From positions 44,950,001 through 45,014,000 of the forward strand of contig OX597814.1 in the NCBI GenBank assembly GCA_951406725.2: DNA of 64,000 bases. Reading direction: 5' to 3'. The first letter of the stretch is position 1, and every line of letters begins with the position of its first letter. The translations under genes were made by a program, and so were the position numbers. The notes beneath the pieces are model-generated. The model had not been told where the DNA came from, did no database searches, and worked only from the letters and a program-made list of their open reading frames with translations. This document shows, in pieces, positions 1 to 13,214 of this stretch. This DNA comes from Octopus vulgaris. Taxonomy: Eukaryota.

Positions 1-432
1 TATCGACCCCGAAAGACAGGTACTCCGTCGGTTACGACAAAGTTCCAGTTGGTTCGATCAACGGAACAGCTTGCTCGTGAACTTAACATGCTAGTGACTG
101 AACACTTCACAAACACGTTCATATTTGAAGTAGTTCCCATGGAGATTCAGCGTGACACAGACTCTGACAAAGCTGGCCATTTGAAATACAGGTACTACTC
201 ATTTTTGTCAGTTGAGTGGACTGGAGCAATGTGAAATAAAGTGTCTTGCTTTAGGATACAACGCGTCCAAAAGCATACGATCGTAAGCTGAATCCCCTAA
301 CCACTAAGCTACGTGCCTTCACCGACCCCGAAAAGATGAAAGGTAAAATAGACCTCGGCGGAATCTGAACGTAACGTCAGACGAAATACCGCTAAACATT
401 TTGTACGGCACGCTAAAATTTCCGCCAGCTTG
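1..432 (-). mobile_element. tRNA-derived SINE with Nin/Deu-like domain (family N), interrupted by another SINE at 17-322
   Basis: tatcgaccccgaaa...gatgaaaggtaaaatagacctcggcggaatctgaac matches other copies at 10690-10770, 18750-18840 and 44330-44441. Confidence 0.7.
17..322 (-). mobile_element. tRNA-derived CORE-like SINE nested in a family N SINE
   Basis: Minus-strand head gtgaaggcacgtagcttagtggttagg and CORE-like gcaagacactttatttcacattgctccagtccactc; direct repeat cgaccccgaaa at 4-14 and 323-333 (TSD). Confidence 0.75.
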
Positions 433-669
433 ACACATTATGTAAGCAAATAATTTTAAAAAAACATAGGTAACAGAATATAACGTAGAGAGAAAATGTC
501 AATGTTCAGAATATAATTCTTCAACGTTCAAAAAAATTCATTCAAAAAAAGCTTCTCGTTCTACGCACAAAGCTATTCGTGCAGCATTTCGACAAGAAGG
601 GCGTAACAATAATATGGTCCCAGTTCTTCAAATATAATTATAGGTAATTTGAAGTAAAGAAATTACCTT

Positions 670-1327
670 TTACCATTTATTTGTTTCAATCATTAGAGTG
701 CGTTTATGCTGGGGCACCGCCTTGAAGAATTTCAGTCGAACGAATCAGCCCCAGTACTTATATATTTTCTTTTTATTTTTATTTTTTTTGCAAAGCTTGG
801 TACTTATTTTATTGGTCTCATACCGAACCGTTTAGTTACGGGAGCGTAAACACACCAGCACCGATTGTCAAGCGGTGTTGAGGGACAAATACACGCACAT
901 ACATATATATATGTATGTATGTGTATATATATGCAGGCGTGGCTGTGTAGTAAGTAGCTTACTTCCCAATCACGTGGTTCCGGGTTCAGTGCCACTACGT
1001 GGCACCTTGGGCAAGTATCGTTTACTATAGCCTCGGGCCTTGTGAGTATATTTGGTAGTCGGAAACTGAAAGAAGCCCGTCATATATATATATGCGTGTG
1101 TATGTGTGTGTGTCTTTTTGTCTATGTTACTTCCCACACACACACCATTGCTTAACAACCGATCTTGGTGTGTTTACGCCCCCGTAATTTAGGGGTTGGG
1201 CAGAAGAGCCCGATAGAATAAGTATCAGGCTTACAAGGAATAGGTCCGGGGATCGATTTCTTCGACTGAAAAGCGGTGCACCAGCATGACCTCAGTCAAA
1301 TGATTGAAACAGGTAAAAGAATAAAAG

Positions 1328-1399
<72 letters not shown>

Positions 1400-1566
1400 C
1401 ACACACACACACACACAACGGCTTCCTCCAGCCTTCGCTCACCAAATCCAGTTTCGAGGGCCCGAGGCTATAGTAGAACACACTTGCCCATGGTACCACG
1501 CAGTAGGACTGAATCCAGAACCATGTTGAGAAGCAAGCCTATAGCCTCACAGCCACATCCTGCGCC
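670..1566 (-). mobile_element. Family A SINE split by a nested copy (3' part 670-900, 5' part 1418-1566)
   Basis: Both halves match the reverse complement of the full-length copy at 60756-61187. Confidence 0.7.
935..1327 (+). mobile_element. Family A SINE (tRNA-like head, CORE-like segment, internal (TA)/(TG) microsatellite, cagtcaaatgactg hairpin tail)
   Basis: ggcgtggctgtgtagtaag...gggttcagt...caccttgggcaagt...gtcaaatgattgaaacaggtaaaaga; colinear with 60756-61187. Confidence 0.85.
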
Positions 1567-1808
1567 AGCGAATTGATTTTGGGTATGGGAGGGGGGTATA
1601 GTATCGAAATGTGTTGATGACTACACGTAAGCTATATCAGTAACAGTAGCAGTATGTTATTTCTATTGAAAATAATTTTGTTCGACAACAAATATAGATT
1701 GGTCTGTTATCTGATAATTAGTTCTTTGTTCAAATTACTTTTATCTAACATGTTCAAAAACATATATAGGCGCAAATAATTTACACAAATTTACGTATAC
1801 ACACTCGC

Positions 1809-1859
1809 ACACACACGCACATGAATTCTTGTGTATATACCTATATTTGCATATGTACA

Positions 1860-1930
<71 letters not shown>

Positions 1931-1984
1931 AGATGTACATATGCAAATATAGGTATATACACAAGAATTCATGTGCGTGTGTGT
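1809..1984. repeat. Perfect 57-bp inverted repeat around a (TA)n(TG)n spacer
   Basis: 1809-1865 is the exact reverse complement of 1928-1984. Confidence 0.9.
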
Positions 1985-2183
1985 ATATATATATATAGGC
2001 ATGACTGTGTGATAGGAAGCTTGCTTCCCGACCAAATGTTGCAGACTTCAGTTCCACGCAGTGGGACTGCATGGCACCTTGGGCAAGTGTCTTCTACTAT
2101 AGCCTCGAGCCAACCAATACTTTGTGACTGGATTTGGTAAACGAAAACTGAAAGAAGCCCGTCATATATATATATATATATAT

Positions 2184-2312
2184 CCTTGTTTCTCTCCTTG
2201 TTTTTTCTGTGTCCCTTTCTGTAGAAGAGCGTAGGCTCGAAACGTAAAAGACTTTTACTATTCCTGAGCGTTACACCACCTGTCTTCGGCTTTTGTTCTT
2301 TTCGTAAACTAT

Positions 2313-2316
<4 letters not shown>
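2184..2316 (+). mobile_element. Short (TA)n-embedded repeat with hammerhead-like motif (PLE pLTR-like, family H2)
   Basis: Homologous to about 16084-16236; flanked by (TA)n on both sides. Confidence 0.7.
2215..2250 (+). ncRNA. Minimal type I hammerhead-like motif, A6U core variant
   Basis: CUUU / CUGUAGA-A / GAGC-guag-GCUC / GAAA-CGU-A / AAAG: stems I and II pair, ACGU palindromic stem III. Confidence 0.55.
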
Positions 2317-2365
<49 letters not shown>

Positions 2366-2622
2366 TGTGTATATGTGTGTGTGTGTCTACGTCTGTGTTT
2401 GTCTCCTCACCACCGCTTAACAACCTGTGTTTTTGTGCTTAAGTTTCTGTAACTTAGGGGTTCGGCAAAAGAGACCGACAGAATAAGTACTAGACTCAAA
2501 AAGTAAATCCTGGGATCGATTTTTTTTTTACTAAAACCCTTCAAGGTGATGTTTTATCATGGCCGCAGTCAAATGACTGAAAGAAGCATAAATCTCTCAG
2601 CGAAAAATAAGTAGTAACAGTA

Positions 2623-5600
2623 CTACAGGGTAAAGTCTATTTGCCAACGTAAAGTGGCATTCCTTATTAGGACAATGTTACTACCTTTTTTAGCACCAGG
2701 AAAACATCTTTTCCAGTTGGCTATCGACGCACAACTGCGTCTTTTCACCTCGAAGAAGGGAAGCAATGTCCCCCCTTCAGTCTTAAACGGTACCTGTTCG
2801 GTCAAAGAGACACACCGCTGGAAAGTGCGTCTCACAGACGGCGACCACATCTGTTCACCGTCGTCTATGAAACGCTGGAGATGTCGCAGTCTCATCGCAT
2901 GTTTGCTCAACATTAACCACTGCATACCCAGCCCTCCATTTAGCGGATGTTGACAGTAAATGGATCACCTGACCATCAGAATGCTTCCCTTCCACAAAAA
3001 GCGGAAGTGTATGCGCTCCAGTATTGTGATGGTGGCGTCGGGACAAGGCACGACGGTCAGACGGTAGTAAATGACGGATGCGATGTACGCAATTGCCACC
3101 TAGCCCGGCCTTTTAGAGATAGCTTCCTCTCGGCCCATTGCTGGGTGAGATTGGGCACCCTATTCGTTATCTAGTCTCAATTCTCCTCTATTTGGAGGTC
3201 TGGACCGAACCAAACCCCGAGCAATTTAACCGGTGCAGTGGTCCAGTGTCCTACGATGGAGACGCTGTTGTACGGCATGGGCTTGCTTCTGCAGGTGCCT
3301 AACCGCAATCCCACTGACTTTTCCGGGTTAATTTTCGCTCCCGTTACCGCTTCATATTCTTCTAGTGCCTCGCCGACCTGGTCGATATGCCTGTGGCTCG
3401 ACACTATGACGGTGACATCGGCCGCGTATGCAGACATGCTCCTCCCGAATCCCAATTCTAGCGGGATGCCCCTTAGCGTCACCAGCTTCCGCAGTAGTGG
3501 CTCTAGAGCTATGTTTCTCAATCTATTTTCCCTATGATCCCCTTCGTTGAATTGTTGGTGAAGGGCCAACCTCACCGCTAGCATGTTGGACGCGATGCCA
3601 GTTCGAAGTACACTTTCTCATTTCTTAACTAAGTTTCCTTCTATTCTATTTCGGTCCATTGCTAAAGCCTTGCTATACCTAATCTTTCTGCTTGGGTTGC
3701 TCTCTTTAGGGCAAACCACCATTTGTTGTTGATGATGCTCCCGGTCAACGCCCTCTTAACTAATGTACTAATCTGGTTTCTGTAAGCCTGTCGTGCCGGG
3801 AAAGACGCGTTCAGCTGCCAGTAATCGAGACCCTGCCTATGATTCTCATCTAAGTCTATCATACAAGTCACGAATTTATGTGTGTAACTGACTATATGAA
3901 ATTGTAGACAACCTACACTATCCCTATCCACTGTCCTACAGAATACTCTATATAAATACGATCTGGGCGACCCGATGCGGTTGGTGCATGTCCACATTGG
4001 CATATTCAAGTAGTCCATTCGGTACCTATCAGACAGTTGGAAACGTCTGAGCAGGTCTATGAGACATTTGCATCCCCTCTTCTCTTCCTGTCTCTAACCA
4101 TATAGTCTAAATGTGTGTCCAAGGTAGCGTTCCAATCTCCCGCTAAAATTAAAGGTCGAGACGTTCCCAGGAAAACCTCTAGACGTCGAACGAAATCCGC
4201 CCGACCTGATAAGAACGGTGCGTACACCGTTATTAGTCAGAAAGCACAGCCATCGACATCCAAGGACACGAGCCTTCCTCCGGGTCTAGGAATACTGCCC
4301 TTACTTTCAGATCCAGACTTTCGAAAAAGCACCGCAGTACCACCACCGCCCAATCTCGGCAGAATCGGGGGGAAATAAATTTCGAATTATCTGCCAAACA
4401 TGGGCTGGAGGGTGCGCGGGTTGGAGAGTCTGGTTCAGCTGATGGCTTTGATATCTACATTTTTGTGACTTGATGTCGTTTAACATGTAACCTTGTTTCC
4501 AAGTCGACCCCGAGCCACGCTCATTTGAGCATAAATCTGGCAAAAGTTGTAATTCAGACACAAAACGAAAAGAGAAGGTGGGAAAGAGAGAAAGAGAATC
4601 GCTGTTCCGAATGCAGGGAATTTTCCTCCTCAGTTTCCGTGAAGAGATTTTCGTATAGTTTTTTTGACAAATCACTTTGAAATCTCCCTACTGCATTAGA
4701 GTAGAGAGATTTCATTAGCTTATGTGTTTTGTGTGGTGTGTAGTATTTTAATGTTTTGTGGTGGCGTTGCGCTTCGGTGGCCGTTTTGTAACTGTTTTCA
4801 CTTATGTCGGTGTGCGACCTGATGTATTGCATCAGATCCAAATTGTTTGTGTTGATCGCAGTTAGCATTGGAGGTGGTGATGGTGGTGGTGGTGGTGGTG
4901 GTGCTAGTGCTGGTGGTGTTGCTTCTGCTGTTGGTTGTGTTGCTTCTGCTGTTGGTTGTGTTGCTTCTGCTGTTGGTTGTGTTGATTGGTCGGGTTAGTT
5001 CAGTTGGTTTGTTGTTTTGTGGGGCTGTTTCATCCGTTTGTGGAGCTCTCTCATTTGTTGCACTGATGGTGGTGTGGATAACAGTACTGGTTTGCGGGTA
5101 GTGTTTTTTGTTGTTGTTACTGCTGTTGCTGTTTTTGTTGTTGTTGTTGTTGTTGTTGTTGTTATTGTTGTTCCTGTTGTTCCTTTATTGTTGTTCAATC
5201 AATTTTTAGTTGGTTTTTACTAACACAAAGGTGACAGCGTAGTCTTCTGCTTTCAACTGCTACCTGTAAGGTGGTACCGTCCGGCAGTTTTATAAGATCT
5301 GGCACATTTTCTATCGACACTTAATCTATTTGAACCAAAAGTTCGAACGCCTGACCTGTCCAGTTTTGTTGATCGAGGACGGCAATTTTTAAGATGCTAA
5401 TAACTTCCTCGAAATTGTAGCAGATGGCTGACACCAGCCATCGTGCTTCTATTTCAGAGGGTACATCTTTAATTTTTATTTTTGTAACCCGATGACCTAG
5501 GTACGTAGGAAACATTACGACTTTTTCGCTCTCTAGTGACTGTATAGAGTAAGCTTCTATTTGCCCTTGTGTGTTAAATCTGATTTCAGCTGTGGCACAT

Positions 5601-5756
5601 TTTTTGCCCTTGGTGGTGGTGGTGGTGGTGGTGGTGGTGGTGGTGGTGATGGTGGCGAGGGTATGAATAGATATGTATTCATTGTTGTTAACTTCCTTTC
5701 CTACCTTGTTAGTAGGGACGCTAGTGTCAGAATGTGTAACGACGCTGTTTGACTCT
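2623..5756 (-). mobile_element. Decayed L1/Tx1-like LINE (ORF1, APE endonuclease and RT fragments)
   Basis: ORF1 remnants 5321-5515 followed by VAVESRRLRCHLC; APE motifs NERGSG, VYAP, LAGDWNATLD, SYLYRV, YWQLNAS; RT region LEPLLRKL...SAYAADVTV...TGAKINPEKS...KLLGVWFG (3177-3584); many stops, frameshifts and deletions. Confidence 0.85.
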
Positions 5757-6929
5757 GTGTGTGTGTGTGTATGAATGTGAGTTCATGCTTTCTTTCTTTT
5801 TCGCAGCGTTTGTCAGTAGGGGAAAAGCATTCATGTCGAAATGGGACACAGGAACGCTGGTATCTTCAGAAAAGCTATTCATTTTCACCACAGATTGAAA
5901 ATGTTTTTAAATGAAATTTAAAATTCGAAGACTACACCCATAAAAGGTGAACTTTTGTGTGAGCAATTCGCTCACGTGAAAGCAGATGTTGTTAAATAAC
6001 TATTGACAAAATTCAATACAAATGCACATAAATTGTTTAGATTTACGCAGACGAAAAGAGGCGACAGCCAATAAGATAGATAGATAGTACATAAAAAGAT
6101 ACTCATAAAGAAATGAAATAATGCTATTCAATATCAACATTAAATATGAAATCAAAAAATGTGACTTAAACCTGAAATGATTACAAACTACTGAAAGTTT
6201 CAAAGAAAAATTGTAAAAATAAAAAAAAGAATTAAGGTTGAAGACAAATTCAAGACCTGCATCAACTTATAGAAATTCTCGACAATGATTCTGTCTTGTG
6301 TATATTTACACCAGTGGTATTGGTAAAGAAGCGAACTGTCCATCCAAAGTAAAATCTGAATAACAGTAAACAAGAATCTCACCAAACATGAATAAGGCAG
6401 GATATAAAATGTAGTTTTGAATATCTTGTTTCATTGAAGTAATTTCCGTGAAAAAAAAAATTCTATTGAATGGAAACGATTGAATGAAATGATTTTGTGA
6501 ACGTTCAGCAGGAGCAAACGTAAATGGAAGGACGGAAAATATATACATACAAAGATACATAGATACATGCGCATATATATATATATATATATATGTATGT
6601 ATATATATATATATATGTGTGTGAGTGTGTGTGTATGTGCGCGCGCACACATACACTCAAACACATAAAGAAACATACATTTACATATACATGTATATAT
6701 CATAGGTGTATACATAAAATATGAGTGCGTATATTTGAATGTGAGTATACGTAATTAAATTTGCAGTGTTCTCAATTACAGATATGATAAATATTGATAT
6801 TTGTAACATCACATACACGGATATAAACATACACACACATACGAACACAAAAACAAAAACACACACACATATATACACAAAGATACATGAATACGTGAAT
6901 ACGTATGTGCAAACGTGCATACGTATGTA

Positions 6930-7426
6930 TACATACATACAAACATACATGCATTCATACATACATACATACATACATACATACATACATACATACATAC
7001 ATACATACATACATACATACATACATACATACATACATACATACATTCATACATAGATACGTACATACATACATACATACATACATACATGCATACATAC
7101 ATTCATACAAACATACATACATACATTCATACATACATACATACATACATACATTCATACAAACATACATACATACATACATTCATACATACATATATAC
7201 ATACATACATACATACATGCATTCATACATACATACATACATACATACATACATACATACATACATACATACATTCATACATGCATGCATACATACATAC
7301 ATACATACATGCATACATACATACATACATACATACATACATACATACATACATACATACATACATACATACATACATACATACATACATACATACATAC
7401 ATACATACATACATACATACATACAT
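6930..7426. repeat. (ATAC)n tetranucleotide microsatellite, about 500 bp
   Basis: Directly visible; source of the YIHT/MYVC pseudo-ORFs. Confidence 0.95.
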
Positions 7427-7758
7427 GCGTAGTACAATTCAAAGTTCGTTTGGTATCAGTTTTCAAATTTACTTGGCCACTTGGCTTCACAATGTTATTC
7501 GTAATATTTGTCTATTTGAAGGTATAAAGCTGACTGTCCATTGGCAATGTAAACAGACACAGGTAACCAGCTAGATAGTAAATTACCTTTTTTTTTTATT
7601 TCTAAACTATAATAGTTGCAAAATTGAAGTCTGCAACGTTATTATAATCATTATAATAAATCTAATCTGATCGGGTAATTAAAAAGCGTAATTAAATGAA
7701 ACATACTGGGAAATTGCTTACAGGCACCTACTACTTTTAACGAGCTATAAAGACCATT

Positions 7759-7815
<57 letters not shown>

Positions 7816-7942
7816 TATGTGTGTGTAAGAGAGAGAGATATAGAGAGAAAGAGAAAGTATGTGTCTGTACTTATAAAACGGAAGTATTATTTTATTTGCC
7901 CTTTATATGTGGGTGTATGCTAATGTATACACATACACACAC

Positions 7943-7993
<51 letters not shown>

Positions 7994-8153
7994 CACATTA
8001 TGTGTGGTATACTTATATGTAAATACTCTCGCACATACATATATACACATGCGCACACGTACATATGCATATATATAAGATTTGCAAGTAGGTAGACTTG
8101 CTATTTATGCAATTTGTAAGTACGTTCTGACTCCGTTGAAAGCTAACTTCTCC

Positions 8154-8201
<48 letters not shown>

Positions 8202-9108
8202 CTCTCTCTTGGTCTCTTTCTCTTTCCATTTCTTTCTCTCTTTTTATTTGATTAATATATCTCTGTCATATTACCCCAGAATTTCCTGAATGCTTTTGTT
8301 TACGAAAGTCTATGTGTGCGCGCGTATGTGCATCCTTGCATCGTGTATGCAAGTTAATTGATCCAAGTGAAGGCCATTATTCAGATTGTCAGCTCTCTTT
8401 TTTTTCGCGATTTTACGTACGGAGTTCAAATCACGCTGTGTTTCACTATGCTTGCATCAGTTCGAGGTGTGTATAATAAATTACAAATGTAGTAATGGGT
8501 TTGATTTAATCAACTGAAACTAATATTTCCCTGGCTAATTCAAGCAAGTGACTTTGGCTGAGAACGAAAAATTGTAGTGCTAGTTAAGCTTCAAGGCAAC
8601 ATTATTAGGTTTTATTAGCTTTGGAAGACCTGATGATCAATGATACATAAATTCTATAATTAAAGGAATATATTAGGCGAGTCTGTATTCAATCCTGGCA
8701 CGTATCACCAGGAGAAATGAAGGAATAGGAAAACTCGACTACAAGCTTGCGAAGCCTTCATTATTAATGCAATAAGTTACTCGCTTCAAGCTGTAAGCTA
8801 CGTCGCTGCATGGTGTACTTTATAGGGATACTTGGGATAGAAAAGTGTAGAGTTGTGCAGCTTTGAGGAAGTTATAGCTCCATTTAAGTTAGGTAAGTCG
8901 AAAAGTCGCACGGCTTCGGATTACCAAGAAATTATCGTTGTACTGCAGACCAAATGACAGAAAGTTCTTCAATTTGGTGGTAAGATAAGATGCATTAGTT
9001 ACCAGCTACGTACAATATTAAACAGGCTTTCCGCTATTGCAGCGTTTGAATAAAATCCTGTTGCGCTCTCCTAATTTATTTTCTCTCACACCGGTGTGTG
9101 TACCATTG

Positions 9109-9234
<126 letters not shown>

Positions 9235-9462
9235 CACATGTATGTATATGTATGCATGTAGGTATAGCATTAATATATACACATATAGACAGAGAAAGAG
9301 AATGGAGAATAGATAGGCAGACATGTAGATGGCCAGATAAACAGACAGACAGACAGGTAGCCAAGCAGTGAGGTAGGTATGTAAAGAGACATATACATGC
9401 ATACATATATGCATAGAAACATTTTTATGTATATATATATATATATATATATAGGTTTCGTG

Positions 9463-9500
<38 letters not shown>

Positions 9501-9501
<1 letters not shown>

Positions 9502-10420
9502 ACGAAGCCTGTCCAAAACAGACTCCTTGAAAACGTAAATTTATTGTTTTACGTAAAATTCATTTAGTCGTGTCTCTTGCAAAACAATTCTTTTCCCTAT
9601 TGATGCTCTTTACCCAAAGTTTATTCCAATTTTAGAATTCTCGAAGCAAATTTTCTTCGATTTCTTCAGTCACCTTTGAGTTTAAAAGGGTCAGATCTTG
9701 GAAGTGGAGTCACCAGGGGAAGAGTTATTTCTTACTTTTCCTAAAAGTCATGGTTAAGAAATGAGGTGTCAGCAAATACCTTTTATAGTTCACCAACTAA
9801 GCTTTACTTTTTCGAATGTTCAGGTCACGTTTTTCCACTTCCTGTCTAAGTCAAATTTTATATCGATCGTATCACTAAGGAACAAAAACCTCATAAGCAA
9901 TGTCCTTCTAATCAGAAAAATATTACCAGCACCACTTTCATATTTGAGCGACTCTAAGGGATTATTTTTAAACTGCTGTGACGATTAGCCGTCAAGAGCC
10001 TTTTTTGTTTTGAAGTCATAGGCATACACACACACAGATAACCAAAAATAGGAATCTAGTCACAGTCAAGCATTTTCTACATTAGGGTGACCCGGTTCTC
10101 TTTTCATTCATCTCAAAAAATACGACACAAGTTATGCAGTAACACCGTGCATCTTTTTATAGCACAACCATTTAAGAAACCTAGTCCTTTGGAAACTTTA
10201 CGGAGAGCAACGCAACGGTTTTCAAGTAGCAGAGCCTGCACTTTCACAATATGATCGTCCGCGGTTTTCGAAGGAGATAGGTTTGTCATATTTGATATCG
10301 TCTTTGATGGATGTTCTTCTACATTTAATATGCTTTTATTTCATATGTCATCGTATATATCATAGACACTCGTCTACGTAGTAGTGTCGCAAAATAAGAA
10401 AAGCTTCCAAAACAATACTT
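9501..10420 (-). mobile_element. Highly decayed mariner-like DNA transposon
   Basis: End cacgaagcctgtccaaaa resembles mariner TIRs; minus strand gives RTSIKDDIKYDKPIS near 10280-10320 (cf. GRTSIEDDPRSGRP) and a degenerate PDL..FKLKG region near 9670-9720. Confidence 0.5.
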
Positions 10421-10529
10421 TTTAAATTAACAAAATAACTTCTCACAAACGCAATGATCTTCCAGAGTACACTAAACATATGTTTACACAAGCACTTGTT
10501 GTTCGATGACAAACTAAAGTGATGTAATG

Positions 10530-10770
10530 AAAGGAACAGTCAACCTCGGTGGAATTTGAACTAAGAACATAAAGAGTGAAGAGAAACACCACAAAGCATG
10601 GTTTCAATTTTGGTACAAAGCCAGGAATTTTAGAGGGAAGGAGTATATTGATTACATCAACCCCGGTGCTCAACTGCTACTTATGTTGACTCCCGAAAAG
10701 ATGAAAGGCAAAGCCGACCTCAACAACGTTTCAAGTGAGAACGTAAAGAGCCGGAAAAAATCGCCAAGCA
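10530..10770 (-). mobile_element. Family N SINE fragments in tandem
   Basis: cccgaaaagatgaaaggcaaagccgacctc and acctcggtggaatttgaact motifs shared with other N copies. Confidence 0.65.
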
Positions 10771-10777
10771 AGCAAGT

Positions 10778-10830
<53 letters not shown>

Positions 10831-11893
10831 ATAGCAGTAGCTTGTTATTGTTGTTTTTGGTGTTACTTTTCAAATAGTGGTTTCGTTCTTTAATTATCTG
10901 TGTTGAAGTTCCTCCGTTTCAACTTTACATTTAGTCAATTAAAAATGTTTTATTTCCACATATAAACCTCTCTCGTATATATGTTCGGGGTTTCAAGCCG
11001 AAATGAGAAATCGATACTAATATTAATGCTACTTTGTTGGTTAATGCTACGAATGCAGGAAAATTGTAAATCTGATTATATTGATCCCAGTGTATTAATG
11101 TATTACTGAAACGCTTTGTATTCACTACGGATCTTAACGAGTAACATCAAGACGCTTATGTTACAGTATATAGAGAGACAAAGCTATATATTCTAAAGTA
11201 TTGTGTCAAACGCTTTAAAACTCATGTCATTCTACGGAACATAATGATAGTTGAAATCGCGGTTTAACTCCCAGATCAGCTTTGATTAAGTAGATATATG
11301 AACAAAAGTATTCCAGTTTTAAACATCCTGTATTTTATATATCTATCACTACGTTTTCCTGCATATCTTTTAAAACGAATGGACAGGCTTTGATCAAGAT
11401 TTGGCTGTTACTTTTGCCAGATTGAACAGCCGTATAGTGACTCCCAAGTTGACTTGACTTAATAGTATTAGACATCGGGTGGAGGACAACATTTGACATA
11501 TAGAGCGCTGGCTAGGTGAAATGATACCGTACATGGGATACAGTAATAACCTCGATCTTGGAAGCTGGAAAAGTTAAGGATGGTAGGAATTTAAATCGGA
11601 ATCTTATCTTAATGATAATGGAATTCCTAAGACATTTTTAATGTCGTTAGATTTGTACCACTCAGCCTGTCTCTTATAAACAACCAGTATATTAATAATA
11701 CTGATATTATTATTCATTTTTGGAAAAGAACAGTGAGCCTTGAAGCGTATAAAGCTATAAATAATAGCGTGTAAATATTGGGTAAAACAACTCTTTGGTT
11801 AGAAACAGTTGAAGGCAGCCCCTCATATTTACAAAAAAAAAGTATGTATACAAAAAATACGTTCAGTGGTAGTATGTCTCTTATGCAGATGTG

Positions 11894-12195
11894 TTTGTTC
11901 CTTCTCGAGCAATTCCTGGCTCATAGGGGCCGGTTTTCCGGTTTCCTTGTCGTATAGGTTCCCCACCTGGACGGGACGCCGGTCCGTCGCAGGTGAGCTG
12001 CAAGATGCAGGAGGAAAGAGTGAGAGAAAGTTGTGGCGAAAGAGTCAGCAGAAGTTCACCATTATCTTCTGCCGGAGCCGCGAGCAGCTTAGGTGTTTCG
12101 CCAAAAACCCACACATCGCCCGGTCTGAGATTCGAGCCCGCGATCCCTCCATCGCGAGTCCGCTGCTCTAACCACTAGACCATGTGCCTCAACAC
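11894..12195 (-). mobile_element. Full-length tRNA-derived SINE with V-domain-like segment and 12-bp TSD
   Basis: Head gaggcacatggtctagtggttagagcagcggactcgcg...gggctcgaatctc; segment cctgcgacggaccggcgtcccgtccagg; TSD tatgcagatgtg at 11882-11893 and 12196-12207. Confidence 0.85.
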
Positions 12196-13138
12196 TATGC
12201 AGATGTGGGTTCGAGTTGTCCCACGGCAGCCTTTAACTTTTTCTAGCCAAAGGATTTTTTTTAATCCAGCATTTACACGCTCTTATTTATAGCTTTATCT
12301 ACTTCGGGATTCACCATGCCCCTAAAAATAAATAATTATTTCTCTCTGGCAAGTACTAATATTGAGGAATCTGTTTAAATTTCTTTATCTGTACTTTATT
12401 CTATAATGGATTTATATACTTCAAATTTATGATCAAAAAATGTTACCTGTAATAAAAAGAAAGTACACAAAGAAAAATATATAGAAAGATCAAACGAATA
12501 ATTAGTGAAGACAATCTCTTGAGTGAAAATATTTTACACCTAAGATTAGTTTACTAAATGTAAATCAATGATCTAGACTGTTGCTAAACATTTGACAATG
12601 TAATTTCTGTAGCAGTTTAAGCGTTCTTTATACAACGTATATGAGTAAACTTTGGGTTAATGGAGACTAAACTTAAAGGTTAGACTCTTTTCACTTCATA
12701 TAAATCTTGTCAAAATGGACAGATGCGAAAAAGTACTTACATATATATATATACATACATACATCACACCTATCAGATTATTTGTTCTCTTGTTCTAATA
12801 AAATCCAATACTTCGAAAAACAGAGTGTTTCAGGGATTTTATATTCTGCTTAAATAACAAGAAGTTCATGCGATAAAAGGTTTTCTTATTGGTTTTGCCG
12901 GCTTGCATTTCTCATTTATTTCGTTGTATTTTTGTGTTGTTATGCATCTCTTCTTCCGCGAAACGTATTCGTACCGTATGATATACTACACGAAGTAATA
13001 CGATTAAAGAGTCCACCTCTTATATGTTGATTTGATACTGTTGGAAATATGTACGTTAAGGTGGTTTATATAACAGATTTTTCGAAAAAAGCTACATAGA
13101 AATATTCCATTACGTTTTCTTTTTCTTTCTTTTATTCA

Positions 13139-13214
<76 letters not shown>

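Larger units (their letters stand above)
1998..2590 (+). mobile_element. Family A SINE with a hammerhead-bearing module inserted in its (TA)n tract
   Basis: Head at 1998-2163 and tail at 2385-2590 are colinear with other family A copies. Confidence 0.8.

Noticed and set aside
6766-7574. Long ORFs of YIHT/MYVC repeats (also at 36749-38842 and 58052-59528)
   Set aside because: Translations of stop-free microsatellites, not genes.
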